Shown here piece by piece: positions 45,714 through 55,354 of a stretch of DNA of 64,000 bases. The first letter of the stretch is position 1, and each line of letters starts with the position of its first letter. The DNA lies in NCBI GenBank assembly GCA_033580375.1, contig GCA_033580375.1_4527.1. One strand, 5' to 3'. The notes under the pieces were generated by a model. It was given only the letters and a program-made list of their open reading frames with translations, did no database searches and was not told the DNA's origin. This DNA is from a phage. The translations under genes were made by a program, and so were the position numbers.

Positions 45714-46871
45714 TTCCGGGTACCTCAAAGCGTCATCAGAGTTAGTTATATCAATAATAGATATGGAGTTTTCTGCTAACCCGTTTTTAGATAATTGACG
45801 TTTGTAATATCTTTCACAATATGTACACGTTGACCCACAGATTTCATTAGCACAATCGAAATCCGGATGTCTGAACCACCTTTTTTCTAAAAAGCCATCT
45901 AACAAAGAGGTTTCAATATTTACTGTATGTGAAAACTCAGTCTCATTTTCAAGAGTGAAAATAGTCTCTAAAGGCTTCCACAGTTCTAACAAATTACCTT
46001 CAAACTTTTCAGAAGCGTATGCTTCAAGAACTTTCAAAATGTAGTCTGTGCTACCTGTACGTCCTGAAACTTTGAATTGAGTGATACCAATATCATTATA
46101 AAGTTTCAAATCTTGAGGACGAACAAAACGAGTTCTCAGCCAGTTAAATGGGTCTGTATCACGAGCTTTAATGCAGTGTTGCATTGGATATCCATTTAAG
46201 GATTTAGCATCATCAGCGGTAACATCAGTACTATGGAAAATATAGCAAGAGTCACGATAACTACAATGTGTTGTATACCCTTTACCAGCATTAGAACAGA
46301 ACTCATTTACAAGAACTTCAAATATTATATTGTTCTTATTGCAAAACTCTGCTGCACGCTTCAGGAAAGAAACTGAACGGTTCTTATGAATTCCACAGCA
46401 GACCTTTTTGATATTATATTGGTCATGCAAGTATTTGATTTGAGTTACGGCATCAACATGTAGAATTGTTGAAACTTCAATCTCAATATCTTTATTGACT
46501 TCACGAACAATTTCCATAACAACAGGGTTAGCGATAGTAATACGCCATACACCTATTGACCAAAGATACTGAACATAATCCTGAATAGCTTTCTTCTTCC
46601 ACTCAACTAGTTCTCTTTTTGAACCAGGATTTATCGTGTTGAGTGTATAGTTAAAGCAAATACCTAATTCGTTACAACGTTTAACATAGTCTTCTAACAT
46701 TTTTTTGTCAACGTCAGGAAGCCTAAAATCAGGTCTGGCTGCTACAAAAGCCATTTCTCTTGTAGAGCCATATACTTCGTTTATCAAGCTATTAGGATAA
46801 GTTTTATTGAGCTCTACGATTTTATCAAGAAGAGCTAAATCAAAATTCGTTCCGATTTTAAAAGTATTCAT
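45711..46871 (-). CDS. Peptidase-U32-family protein (RlhA/TrhP/UbiU-like putative oxygen-independent hydroxylase)
   Basis: 386 aa; N-terminal TIM-barrel signature NEVYGS...FVAARPDF...ICFNYTLNTI (cf. U32 DAVY.G...NAR.F...YVTLNTL), central ITIANPVVMEIVRE...EIEVS and Cys cluster EFCSNAGKGYTTHCS, plus C-terminal CANEICGSTCTYC. Confidence 0.6.
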   Translation of the reverse strand: MNTFKIGTNFDLALLDKIVELNKTYPNSLINEVYGSTREMAFVAARPDFRLPDVDKKMLEDYVKRCNELGICFNYTLNTINPGSKRELVEWKKKAIQDYVQYLWSIGVWRITIANPVVMEIVREVNKDIEIEVSTILHVDAVTQIKYLHDQYNIKKVCCGIHKNRSVSFLKRAAEFCNKNNIIFEVLVNEFCSNAGKGYTTHCSYRDSCYIFHSTDVTADDAKSLNGYPMQHCIKARDTDPFNWLRTRFVRPQDLKLYNDIGITQFKVSGRTGSTDYILKVLEAYASEKFEGNLLELWKPLETIFTLENETEFSHTVNIETSLLDGFLEKRWFRHPDFDCANEICGSTCTYCERYYKRQLSKNGLAENSISIIDITNSDDALRYPE

Positions 46872-46929
46872 TTTTTTGCATCTCGCGTTAATTGATGCGA
46901 TGGGTTTTTTGCAGGTCTTACTTAAATTA

Positions 46930-47331
46930 TTATAGATTCGGTTTATACGATTTAAATGTTTCGAATTCGCCTTTATTCATAAGAGCTTTGAATTCGTCAG
47001 GACGCATAGCTTTGTCGTCGATAATCCAATCATATACTGGTTTATGTGTTAGCAAATTATGGTACTTCAAACCAATGTTTTCCAAGTTCTGAATCAGACT
47101 TGGGAGAATGTCAATTGCTATACGACCAGGACCTACTGACTTCATACCACGAGCAGTGTAAAGCGTTATGGTATGCCCTGCATCATACAGGGCATTAATG
47201 GCGGTCACCATTTCGACGTCTGGTTTGAAGTTCGCGTAATCACGATTGTTATTCCATTCCGTGATGCAATCATCGACATCAAAACAAAGATTAAGCATGT
47301 TTTCTACACGGCGCATTAGATTCGTTCCCAT
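46930..47331 (-). CDS. HAD-superfamily phosphatase (KdsC-like sugar-phosphate phosphatase)
   Basis: 133 aa; HAD motif I FDVDDCIT, motif II LYTAR, motif IV YDWIIDD. Confidence 0.6.
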   Translation of the reverse strand: MGTNLMRRVENMLNLCFDVDDCITEWNNNRDYANFKPDVEMVTAINALYDAGHTITLYTARGMKSVGPGRIAIDILPSLIQNLENIGLKYHNLLTHKPVYDWIIDDKAMRPDEFKALMNKGEFETFKSYKPNL

Positions 47332-49001
47332 TGATGAGTGATATCGCCACCGATTGGACGATAGGAAACACCAGTTTCTTTATCAGTTAGTACCCATTTA
47401 CCAGGATTTTTTGTAATCAGAGTAGCCGTTACAGGTTCTGCTACGTCATAACTAATAGAGCCGTCTTGAAGTACACGACCCATGTTACGTAATTGCTTAG
47501 TCAGAAGTTCCATACCTTTATAATATGCGGCTACCGCTTTAAGTGGATTATTCTTGAAATAACCACCTAATGCAATCCAGATAATCGCCACTGCCAAATG
47601 ATGATACTCGTTAAACGAACTCATCTTTCCATATTTGTAAACTAATGGATTGATGTTAATAGTCACATTACAAGTTGTTTCGTCAATAGTAAACTGTCCC
47701 CAGGTCGGATTAGCATTGAATTCATCATAACCTGAAACAGCATAAAGCACTTTAGCTTCATCGTACAATTTTGGCCCGTAAATCTTGGTTTCACCAAAAT
47801 ATCCACGAGGGTCGATAAACTTGACTTCGCCGTTATCAGTAATCATAGTATTACTGAAGTTCGGGTCACCGTGAATAACAGAGTACTGTCCCTGAGAACG
47901 GTTATGATAACGAATAAGGTGTTCTAAAGCTTGTTTCAACATTGGCTTCAGACGTCCAATCTTAGTGTAGTTCACATGTGTGATTTTACCAAATGAATCA
48001 ATCAATGGTTGAATGCTTTCACAACGATCAATAACTTTCGTATAGAATTCTTTAGTGAAATCACGACGAACAGTTTCAGGACTTACAAAATAAATGTCTG
48101 TGCTGAATTTCAGTGCATCTAAAATTGCATCAACAATTTGTGGACGAGCAAGACTTGATTTGGATTTAATATATTCAAATGCTGGCTTACCTTTAATGCG
48201 TTCCATTTCAAAGTTATTTTCATTAACAGAAACTAACTGAGGAACTGAATCTGATTTTACTTTCAAATACCATGAAATCTCATCTTTTTGAAGAGCTCGT
48301 CCCTGTTCTGTTAATGCGAATTTAGTTACAGTTTCTTCACCAATTTCAACTGCATTAAAACTACGATTAAGTTCACGAACTTCATGAGCCTTTTCAAGTT
48401 TAGGCATATCACCTAAATCAATTAGATTCATAAGCTCTGATTTATTGAATGCACTGCCGTAAAGGAATTCTACAAAATCACGTCCTTTACAGTATTCGTG
48501 AATTTCCTCGTCAGTAGAACCCATGTAGAATTCCCAGTCTTTGAACTGATAAATTCCTACAACATTACCGCCTGTTGAACCTACGTTAGTGATATTTTCA
48601 CCATCGAAATTATATCGACATTCATCACCCTTAACATAGATTGCGTTAACATTCCAAGACCATGAACCAAAATCTGGAATAATATCACACCAGTTAACAA
48701 CTACGTTATGGCCGTCTAAATCTTTATGTAATTTAGCAAGAGCATAAGCAGAACCATACGCTTCATCAACTGTACGAATAGTCACATTGAACCCTTCTTG
48801 CTCACAATAAGCTCGAACAGTTTCAGCAAATTTTGAATGAACTACTACAATAATTTCATCTGCACCAAGGTCAGAATAAATTGTATACAAATTGCTCAGA
48901 ATAGTGTCTTGTTTATAGTTCACAAGAACTTTTGGAATATGGTGAGTAATTGGATATAAACGAGTTGCCAGTCCAGCACCAAGAATAACAGCTTTTTTCA
49001 T
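47316..49001 (-). CDS. Bifunctional sugar-1-phosphate nucleotidyltransferase (N-terminal) / sugar kinase (C-terminal, APH/ChoK-like)
   Basis: 561 aa; N-terminus KAVILGAGLATRLYPITHHIPKVLV matches the RmlA/GalU G-x-G-T-R-L signature; C-terminal HGDPNFSNTMITDNGEVKFIDPRGYFG resembles the catalytic loop of aminoglycoside/choline/anomeric-sugar kinases. Confidence 0.7.
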   Translation of the reverse strand: MKKAVILGAGLATRLYPITHHIPKVLVNYKQDTILSNLYTIYSDLGADEIIVVVHSKFAETVRAYCEQEGFNVTIRTVDEAYGSAYALAKLHKDLDGHNVVVNWCDIIPDFGSWSWNVNAIYVKGDECRYNFDGENITNVGSTGGNVVGIYQFKDWEFYMGSTDEEIHEYCKGRDFVEFLYGSAFNKSELMNLIDLGDMPKLEKAHEVRELNRSFNAVEIGEETVTKFALTEQGRALQKDEISWYLKVKSDSVPQLVSVNENNFEMERIKGKPAFEYIKSKSSLARPQIVDAILDALKFSTDIYFVSPETVRRDFTKEFYTKVIDRCESIQPLIDSFGKITHVNYTKIGRLKPMLKQALEHLIRYHNRSQGQYSVIHGDPNFSNTMITDNGEVKFIDPRGYFGETKIYGPKLYDEAKVLYAVSGYDEFNANPTWGQFTIDETTCNVTININPLVYKYGKMSSFNEYHHLAVAIIWIALGGYFKNNPLKAVAAYYKGMELLTKQLRNMGRVLQDGSISYDVAEPVTATLITKNPGKWVLTDKETGVSYRPIGGDITHQWERI

Positions 49002-49041
49002 GTTGAAGTCCTCATTGGTAAGTAGGAGTATTGTACACTAT

Positions 49042-49185
49042 TCTAGTTAAAGCATTCATACTTTGCTTGTAGTCCAATCATAATCCATCCAATTACAAGT
49101 GTTGGAATCATTACTGGAGCCGTTAAGCTCCAGTAGATAGTCATGACAAGCATCAATAGTAAAAGTCCTATTGTTATTGCTTTCA
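49042..49185 (-). CDS. small hydrophobic membrane peptide (~47 aa), ATGA-coupled to the SIS-domain gene; coordinates approximate
   Basis: Hand translation MKAITIGLLLLMLVMTIYWSLTAPVMIPTLVIGWIMIGLQAKYECFN. Confidence 0.3.
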
Positions 49186-49818
49186 TTGCTCGCCTCGTAA
49201 CATGGCACCTAGAGCACCGCCAGGGTGGAACTTAAGGAAATCATTAGAGGTAAATCCACGTTCAGACGAAAGGTTGATAGCAAACGTATCGATAAGCGCT
49301 AACAACAATGTAGTGGACATGGTCGGAGCTAAAGAGTTCTCGTCAACTTCTACCGCGATACCGGTACAGAACGTATAATCAAAAAGAGCTTCGTATTCTT
49401 GCGGAATGTCAGGGTTACAATGTAACAGAATCTGTTTAACCTGAGGACGAATCATACGAAGATGTTTAGCAACACCTATCATTTCTTCAGTCTTACCAGA
49501 ACGACTGATGTGAACTAATACATCATTAGGTGCAATAAATCCTGCGTCGCCATGAGAATAATGCCCAGTGTTCAAATACATGCTAGGAATACCGAGTGAA
49601 GCAAATGTCTCAGAAGCTTTAGTTGCAATATTAGCATTCTTACCAACACCTGTAATAATTACACGACTTTCATAATTACTCAGTCCAGGGCGTCGAAGAG
49701 TTTCAAGAATAGCATTATAACGAGCAGGGTTTTGACTAATTACTTTGGCCATAGCGGCCAAAGAAGAAGCTTGTTTTATGATTGCGTCAATAGCGATAGT
49801 AATAGGAGTAGTTTTCAT
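49183..49818 (-). CDS. SIS-domain sugar-phosphate isomerase (KpsF/GutQ/KdsD-like arabinose-5-phosphate isomerase, no CBS domains)
   Basis: 211 aa; SIS motifs VIITGVGKNANIATKASETFASLGIPS...HGD...DVLVHISRSGKTEEM and C-terminal HPGGALG. Confidence 0.7.
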   Translation of the reverse strand: MKTTPITIAIDAIIKQASSLAAMAKVISQNPARYNAILETLRRPGLSNYESRVIITGVGKNANIATKASETFASLGIPSMYLNTGHYSHGDAGFIAPNDVLVHISRSGKTEEMIGVAKHLRMIRPQVKQILLHCNPDIPQEYEALFDYTFCTGIAVEVDENSLAPTMSTTLLLALIDTFAINLSSERGFTSNDFLKFHPGGALGAMLRGEQ

Positions 49819-49858
49819 ATTTCTCTCATTTAATTAGTTTACCGTCCTTGGCATTATA

Positions 49859-52570
49859 TCAAAAATCGAACATATCGAATAGAGATGCTTTCTTCTCGTA
49901 ATCGAGTTTCGCTGCTGATGTGAATCCTTCAAGTGGTTTAATAAATGTCTTCTCAAGGAGAACAGTGTAGTCCATCCAATGAAGTACATCATCTTTGATT
50001 AAATCAGTGATTTCAGTACCAGAAGGCCATGCGATACATTTATCACCGAACGGGTTTCCTTCACGTAAAGGCAGAACATATACTTTTTCACCTTCTACAA
50101 CTTGTGGTGCATCGATATTACCTTTGATAGCCCGGTTATACGTCAGAATTCCACGAATATGGAACGGACATTTAGGACCAGGGAATCCACCTACATCATA
50201 TTTAGCAATGTTATTCGCAGAAGATACCGACGCGATGCTAATATAATTCAATTGACGGAATTCTTTTTCAAACTCTTTAAAATATTCTTGTAATGATTCT
50301 TCACCTTCTTGAAGCATACGACGAATACATTCTTTAAGAGCTTTCTGTACCGCTTTAGGAGTTGAAGATTTCTGTGTTTCGAGACCCATGATTTTGAGTT
50401 TAGGCTCAGCGTAACGAGTACCTTCCATATCCCACACGTTTAATGCATAACGTTTCTTACCAGTCCAGAATCCGCCAATACCTTTAGAACCGAGCGGAGG
50501 ACCAGCGATAGCTTCTCGGTCCATGAACATTAAGTGTTGTTTATTGTTCATGTATTCACACATTTCACGGAAACCTCTATCAATAGCCGGTTCCATACGT
50601 TCACGAGCGAACTTATCTAAGAAGTCTACCCAATGGTTGGTATCACGGAATTTAGATTCACCAACCTTATCAATAATTTTATCTGCAGATACATAAATGG
50701 AGTCTGTATCACCATAAAGAACGAAAGCTTCACCTTCTGTACCACAAACTTCGTTCAGATATTCATTAACTTTACGTTCAATCCACTGTAAAGCCATTTG
50801 CCCGAATGTTGTGATTGCAGTAGCATTACGCAAATCGTAATAACGGAACCAAACGTTTCCAAGTGCACCATAAAGCGAGTTGATGAGTAATTTACGGTTA
50901 ATCTGTGCAGTCATACCTGCAACTTCAGTACGTTGAGCTCTAAACAACATTTCATTAAGAGATTTAGCAGACAACTTTTTAATCTTTTCTTTAATCTCGT
51001 CAGTGAAGTCGAAACGATAATCAACATCTAATGGTTCATCAACAGAAAGATTAGGATTATGCAATGCCTCTTTAATTATTTCACCATTACGTTGAGCTGC
51101 AAGCATGTAACCTTTATGTTCTTTACGCTGATTAAAGACCTTAGTGATTTCGGTTGGAACTACACCATCACGGTCTTTATAATACATCATGCCATTAGGA
51201 GAGCAACTGTACACATCTGAAGGACGTTCAGCAACAGCGTTAATATAATCATGCAATGGAGCTACTTTAAACGTTCCTGCTATTGTTTCTGGGCTAATAT
51301 TCACTTGGCGAATAATACTTGGATACAGAGATGTAAGGTCGAAACTCATTACATATTTGTATCGATTTGGAATAGGTTCCTTAACAAAAGCGCCAGGATA
51401 AGGTTGAACCGGGTGAGAACGACCTTGTGGAATCACCTTGTTCTGCTCTTTAAGGCTATTAAAAATAATAGCATCCCATGTTTTAATTGGGCTAAACACA
51501 GATTGAATCTGTATCTTAGCATAATAACCCATGTCCAAACTCAAGTTGATGAACTGACGCTTAGCATCAATTTGCAATACACGATACACGTCGATAATGT
51601 TATAAGAAATATATCGTTGGTGATTGCTTTCACGAAGCTTAGAAATAGGGCCTTCATATTTCAGTTTACCAACGTTCAATTCAAATTCTGAAATGTAATC
51701 CAGAGAATACGACGGTTGATTGGTAAAAGAGAATTTTTTGTAAAGGTCAATGTAATCAAGAACAGAGATACCGAACAATGTAATGATTTCACGAGAACCA
51801 TACATGTTTTCGATAACTTTAACACGAGTTTTACGATGTGGTGATAAACGTTTCGCAGTAGATTCGCCAAAAATATTCTTGATTCGGTTATACACATATG
51901 GAATATCAAATGACTCAACGTTCCATCCAGTCAAAATGACAGGAGTTTTCTGTTGCCAGAAGTTGAGATATTCCATCAACAATTCTTTTTCGTTATCGAA
52001 CGGCATATAAATGATTTTATCAATAATTTCGGATGGAACTTCATCACCACCTTGTTCTTGAAGCTTAGCCGCAATTTCGATAGACCATTCTTCCACATTA
52101 CCATATGGAGAATTCAATAGATCAAATACGTAGAACCTGTCGTCAATTGAGTCATAATGGGTGATAGCATCAATCGGATGTTTTGCTTGTGACGGCTCAG
52201 GGAACCCATCCGGAGATGTTACTTCGATGTCGAAGTTAGCCACACGAATTTTTGTATGGTCGTATTTGATTTCATAGTTATAAGTGTCAGACAAATACGC
52301 TAATTTGAAATCGTCCATGCCAAGTGCTTCAAGTCCGATATCTTCCATGCGTTTAATCCATTGGGAGGCATCACGCATATTAGCGAACAACTTACGAGTA
52401 CATGGCTTACCGTAGATATCGAAATATTTCGTAGCCTGACTTTCTGGACAATGAGCAAACAGTGATGGTTTATATTCTACTTCACGAGTACGTTCACGGC
52501 CGTTAGAATCGATGTAACGTTCAAAAATTGAATCACCGATCTGTTCAACCGTTAAGTAAAATTCTTTCAT
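49859..52570 (-). CDS. 43: DNA polymerase gp43 (family B, with 3'-5' exonuclease)
   Basis: 903 aa (T4 gp43 898 aa); MKEFYLTVEQIGDSIFERYID N-terminus, exo motifs (FDIE), pol motifs (SLYPSII, YGDTDS). Confidence 0.95.
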   Translation of the reverse strand: MKEFYLTVEQIGDSIFERYIDSNGRERTREVEYKPSLFAHCPESQATKYFDIYGKPCTRKLFANMRDASQWIKRMEDIGLEALGMDDFKLAYLSDTYNYEIKYDHTKIRVANFDIEVTSPDGFPEPSQAKHPIDAITHYDSIDDRFYVFDLLNSPYGNVEEWSIEIAAKLQEQGGDEVPSEIIDKIIYMPFDNEKELLMEYLNFWQQKTPVILTGWNVESFDIPYVYNRIKNIFGESTAKRLSPHRKTRVKVIENMYGSREIITLFGISVLDYIDLYKKFSFTNQPSYSLDYISEFELNVGKLKYEGPISKLRESNHQRYISYNIIDVYRVLQIDAKRQFINLSLDMGYYAKIQIQSVFSPIKTWDAIIFNSLKEQNKVIPQGRSHPVQPYPGAFVKEPIPNRYKYVMSFDLTSLYPSIIRQVNISPETIAGTFKVAPLHDYINAVAERPSDVYSCSPNGMMYYKDRDGVVPTEITKVFNQRKEHKGYMLAAQRNGEIIKEALHNPNLSVDEPLDVDYRFDFTDEIKEKIKKLSAKSLNEMLFRAQRTEVAGMTAQINRKLLINSLYGALGNVWFRYYDLRNATAITTFGQMALQWIERKVNEYLNEVCGTEGEAFVLYGDTDSIYVSADKIIDKVGESKFRDTNHWVDFLDKFARERMEPAIDRGFREMCEYMNNKQHLMFMDREAIAGPPLGSKGIGGFWTGKKRYALNVWDMEGTRYAEPKLKIMGLETQKSSTPKAVQKALKECIRRMLQEGEESLQEYFKEFEKEFRQLNYISIASVSSANNIAKYDVGGFPGPKCPFHIRGILTYNRAIKGNIDAPQVVEGEKVYVLPLREGNPFGDKCIAWPSGTEITDLIKDDVLHWMDYTVLLEKTFIKPLEGFTSAAKLDYEKKASLFDMFDF

Positions 52571-52630
52571 TTAATTTCCTTTAGACGAGTTATTGTCTTT
52601 TGTTTGTTGATGAACTTATTATACTCCAAA

Positions 52631-52646
52631 TGGGACCGAAGTCCCA
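52631..52646 (-). terminator. Terminator-like hairpin (UGGGAC-UUCG-GUCCCA, minus strand) between regA and gene 43
   Basis: Perfect stem, UUCG loop, followed by UUUGGAGUAUAAU on minus strand. Confidence 0.45.
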
Positions 52647-52651
52647 TTGCT

Positions 52652-53029
52652 TTAATTACCAATTGTATATTTTGCTTTCAAAGTCCAGTCATCTTTCTGT
52701 TTAAAAGAGATAACACGGAAGTTATTAGTCAGGCTAAATAGATCTTCACGAGCAGAGTCTTCAATAACAATTAATCCCCAGTCTTCAAGCAACTGAGCAA
52801 TCGAATCACGTCGCTGATAGTCTTCACCATCAATATCAACCTGACGTCCGTCCATACGCAGCATTTCTTTAAAGTGGACGATGTAATATTTACCTTGCTT
52901 TTGGAGGATATGACAGGACTGATAAAGGATTTTATCCTTGTTATTAGCGATGCCCATACGGGTCAAAGTCTCTTTGACTTTCAGAAAATCTTCAGGGTTC
53001 TTCAATTTAATTTCAATCATTTTTACCAT
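52652..53029 (-). CDS. regA: Translational repressor RegA
   Basis: 125 aa (T4 122 aa); [23 protein letters not shown]...[20 protein letters not shown] matches T4 RegA. Confidence 0.85.
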   Translation of the reverse strand: MVKMIEIKLKNPEDFLKVKETLTRMGIANNKDKILYQSCHILQKQGKYYIVHFKEMLRMDGRQVDIDGEDYQRRDSIAQLLEDWGLIVIEDSAREDLFSLTNNFRVISFKQKDDWTLKAKYTIGN

Positions 53030-53586
53030 TCCAATGCTAATTTTTTAAATTGTTTTTGTTCTTTTACGTTTTTAGTAACTTCTTTGAGAAATTCATCAGT
53101 GACCATGGCCTTCAGTTCTTTAAGGACTATTGGCAGCTTGTTATTTTTTTCAAGGAGCCGCTTATACTCGGTAGCATCATTCATGTTGATTGTGTAATGT
53201 TTCATCAACAGTTTGATAACTAGTAACTCTGAAGTGTCTTCGACTAGTTTAGCCCATTTAGAGAATCGACGACCACGCGGAATTGCCGCCATCATATAGT
53301 TGAAGTGCGCTTCATCACTTAATTCAGAACCGACTAAGTTCATCATGTAAACGGCTGGCATACATTCTGGGAACTGGGATAATGAGTTCTCAATCATAAA
53401 TTTTGAGTAGTCGACCTGAGCAATTGACATAGATTTCTTTTCATTAATGGCATTAATGATTTTAAAGAATTCATTCTCAGGTTTTTCTTTAAACATATCA
53501 GCACATTTTTGAATCGCATCAGCGTCATTAGACTTCCATGCAATTTGGTGCTCGTTAAGCTGGACGTCATCATCGAATAAGTTCAT
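53023..53586 (-). CDS. 62: Clamp loader small subunit gp62
   Basis: 187 aa, same as T4 gp62; position between regA and 44. Confidence 0.8.
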   Translation of the reverse strand: MNLFDDDVQLNEHQIAWKSNDADAIQKCADMFKEKPENEFFKIINAINEKKSMSIAQVDYSKFMIENSLSQFPECMPAVYMMNLVGSELSDEAHFNYMMAAIPRGRRFSKWAKLVEDTSELLVIKLLMKHYTINMNDATEYKRLLEKNNKLPIVLKELKAMVTDEFLKEVTKNVKEQKQFKKLALEW

Positions 53587-53587
53587 A

Positions 53588-54550
53588 TTATTTCCAAGTC
53601 AGTTCACAGGTCAGTTGAAGAAGCATATACATAACATGTAATTCAATATTACTTGCTAGTCCATGAAACTTATTATTTTCGCCTGCAATTTCGTAAAGCG
53701 AAATAATACTTTTACCAGGTGCAACTTGGTCATAACATTCTGAAACTAATTTATCGATGAACCACGAATAATCTGCAGCATATTTTGGAGCTAATGCACG
53801 AAGCTGTTTGATATCTTTGTTCTTCATTGCTTCGATAACATCAGAGACTGTTCCACGGTCATTAGTTACGATAGACAGAATACCTGCATCAAGAACACCT
53901 TTAGACGAGTACTGGTCTAATTGGCCGATTGTGCGACGAAAGTCTGGGAAGTTCTTTTTAACCAGAGCTGCAACAACTTTCATATCAGCGATTTCGATAT
54001 TTTCATTCTTACAGATTTCAACCATACGATGAATCATTTTCTTCATCATCGAGATTTTATCTTCTTCGGTCGGACGACCGAATTCGATAACTCGACAACG
54101 GCTACGTAATGGTTCAATAATTCCATCGATGTTGTTAGCAGTAATAATAATAGAACAGTTACTAGAGAATTCTTCCATGAATGTACGAAGGTGACGTTGT
54201 GATTCGGCGAGGCCACTACGGTCAAATTCATCAATAACAATAACTTTAGGCTTGCCTTCCATTGAGACTGAACGAGCGAATGCAGTTAACGGACCACGCA
54301 CAAAATCAATTTTACAATCAGAACCGTTGACGAACATCATTTCGGCATTGATATCATTACATAATGCTTTTGCTACGGTTGTTTTACCTGTACCAGGAGA
54401 TGGAGAGTGTAAAATAATATGAGGAAGTTTTCCTTTAGATACTAAAGACTTGAATGTTTCATGGTCATACGCAGGCAGAATACATTCGTCAATGGAAGAA
54501 GGACGATATTTCTGTTCTAGAATGTGTTCTTTGGAATTGATAGTAATCAT
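53588..54550 (-). CDS. 44: Clamp loader large subunit gp44 (AAA+ ATPase)
   Basis: 320 aa (T4 319); Walker [11 protein letters not shown], Walker [12 protein letters not shown] motif LRSRC. Confidence 0.9.
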   Translation of the reverse strand: MITINSKEHILEQKYRPSSIDECILPAYDHETFKSLVSKGKLPHIILHSPSPGTGKTTVAKALCNDINAEMMFVNGSDCKIDFVRGPLTAFARSVSMEGKPKVIVIDEFDRSGLAESQRHLRTFMEEFSSNCSIIITANNIDGIIEPLRSRCRVIEFGRPTEEDKISMMKKMIHRMVEICKNENIEIADMKVVAALVKKNFPDFRRTIGQLDQYSSKGVLDAGILSIVTNDRGTVSDVIEAMKNKDIKQLRALAPKYAADYSWFIDKLVSECYDQVAPGKSIISLYEIAGENNKFHGLASNIELHVMYMLLQLTCELTWK

Positions 54551-54625
54551 GTAATTTTCCTCATTATCATTAAACTGGAGGATTTCTCCTCCATAATCGT
54601 ACTACATTAAACGTAAAGCTTTAAC

Positions 54626-55327
54626 TTAGAAGTCGTGGGTAGAATCGGCTTCCATCGCAATAACATAACTTACTTGAGAGCTTTCAAACTTAGCTGCAAC
54701 TTTATCACCAGCTCCCCACAACATTACTTTATAGTTACCTGGCTGGATTTTCATATTAGCCATATTGATTACGAAGTTAAAGTTATTAGAACCATCATAA
54801 TCGGTAAGAGTCAAAGAATACTTAGGACGAGTTAGTCCAGAATCTTCAACTTTATTATAACCGTTGATAACAATTTTACCATCTTTATTTGTAATAGCAA
54901 TTGTATCAATCTGAAGACCACGTGAAACTCGAAGCAATTGTTGAAGGTCTTCAGCTTTAATTTCAGTAATCACCGAAGCCACTGGGAATTGAATTGGCTT
55001 ATTAGGAAAAACAATGGTGCTCTTGTCGGCAGCAGGCCAATAAACTGTGGAACGTGTATCTGCAATTTTAATATTGCCATCGGTGTGCATTGAAATTTCA
55101 GCATCATCAGACACTAGACTCAAAATGCTTAAGAAGCTATTCAAATCATAAAGTGCTACGTCAAAATCAATTTCATCAGAGATATTTGCTTCCGCATAAG
55201 TGGTGCCATTAACTGCACGGGTCATAATAAATTTACCTTGACTCAGCAGAATGCCGGAGTTAATAGAGGCAAAGTTTTTCAGAATAGCGATAGTATCTTT
55301 AGACAGTTTCATTTTATTTCCTTTCAA
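54626..55327 (-). CDS. 45: Sliding clamp gp45
   Basis: 233 aa (T4 228); MKLSKDTIAILKNFASINSGILL N-terminus as in T4 gp45. Confidence 0.85.
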   Translation of the reverse strand: MKGNKMKLSKDTIAILKNFASINSGILLSQGKFIMTRAVNGTTYAEANISDEIDFDVALYDLNSFLSILSLVSDDAEISMHTDGNIKIADTRSTVYWPAADKSTIVFPNKPIQFPVASVITEIKAEDLQQLLRVSRGLQIDTIAITNKDGKIVINGYNKVEDSGLTRPKYSLTLTDYDGSNNFNFVINMANMKIQPGNYKVMLWGAGDKVAAKFESSQVSYVIAMEADSTHDF

Positions 55328-55354
55328 GACAATTCAAAGTTTAAAAAAAATTTA

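Noticed and set aside
51251-52010. Plus-strand ORFs (146 aa, 75 aa) inside DNA polymerase gene
   Set aside because: Antisense to gp43; no RBS.
52647-52690. Two MotA-box-like TTGCTTT motifs on the plus strand near regA/43 junction
   Set aside because: Wrong strand for the surrounding minus-strand genes and no suitable -10 element downstream; probably chance occurrence.
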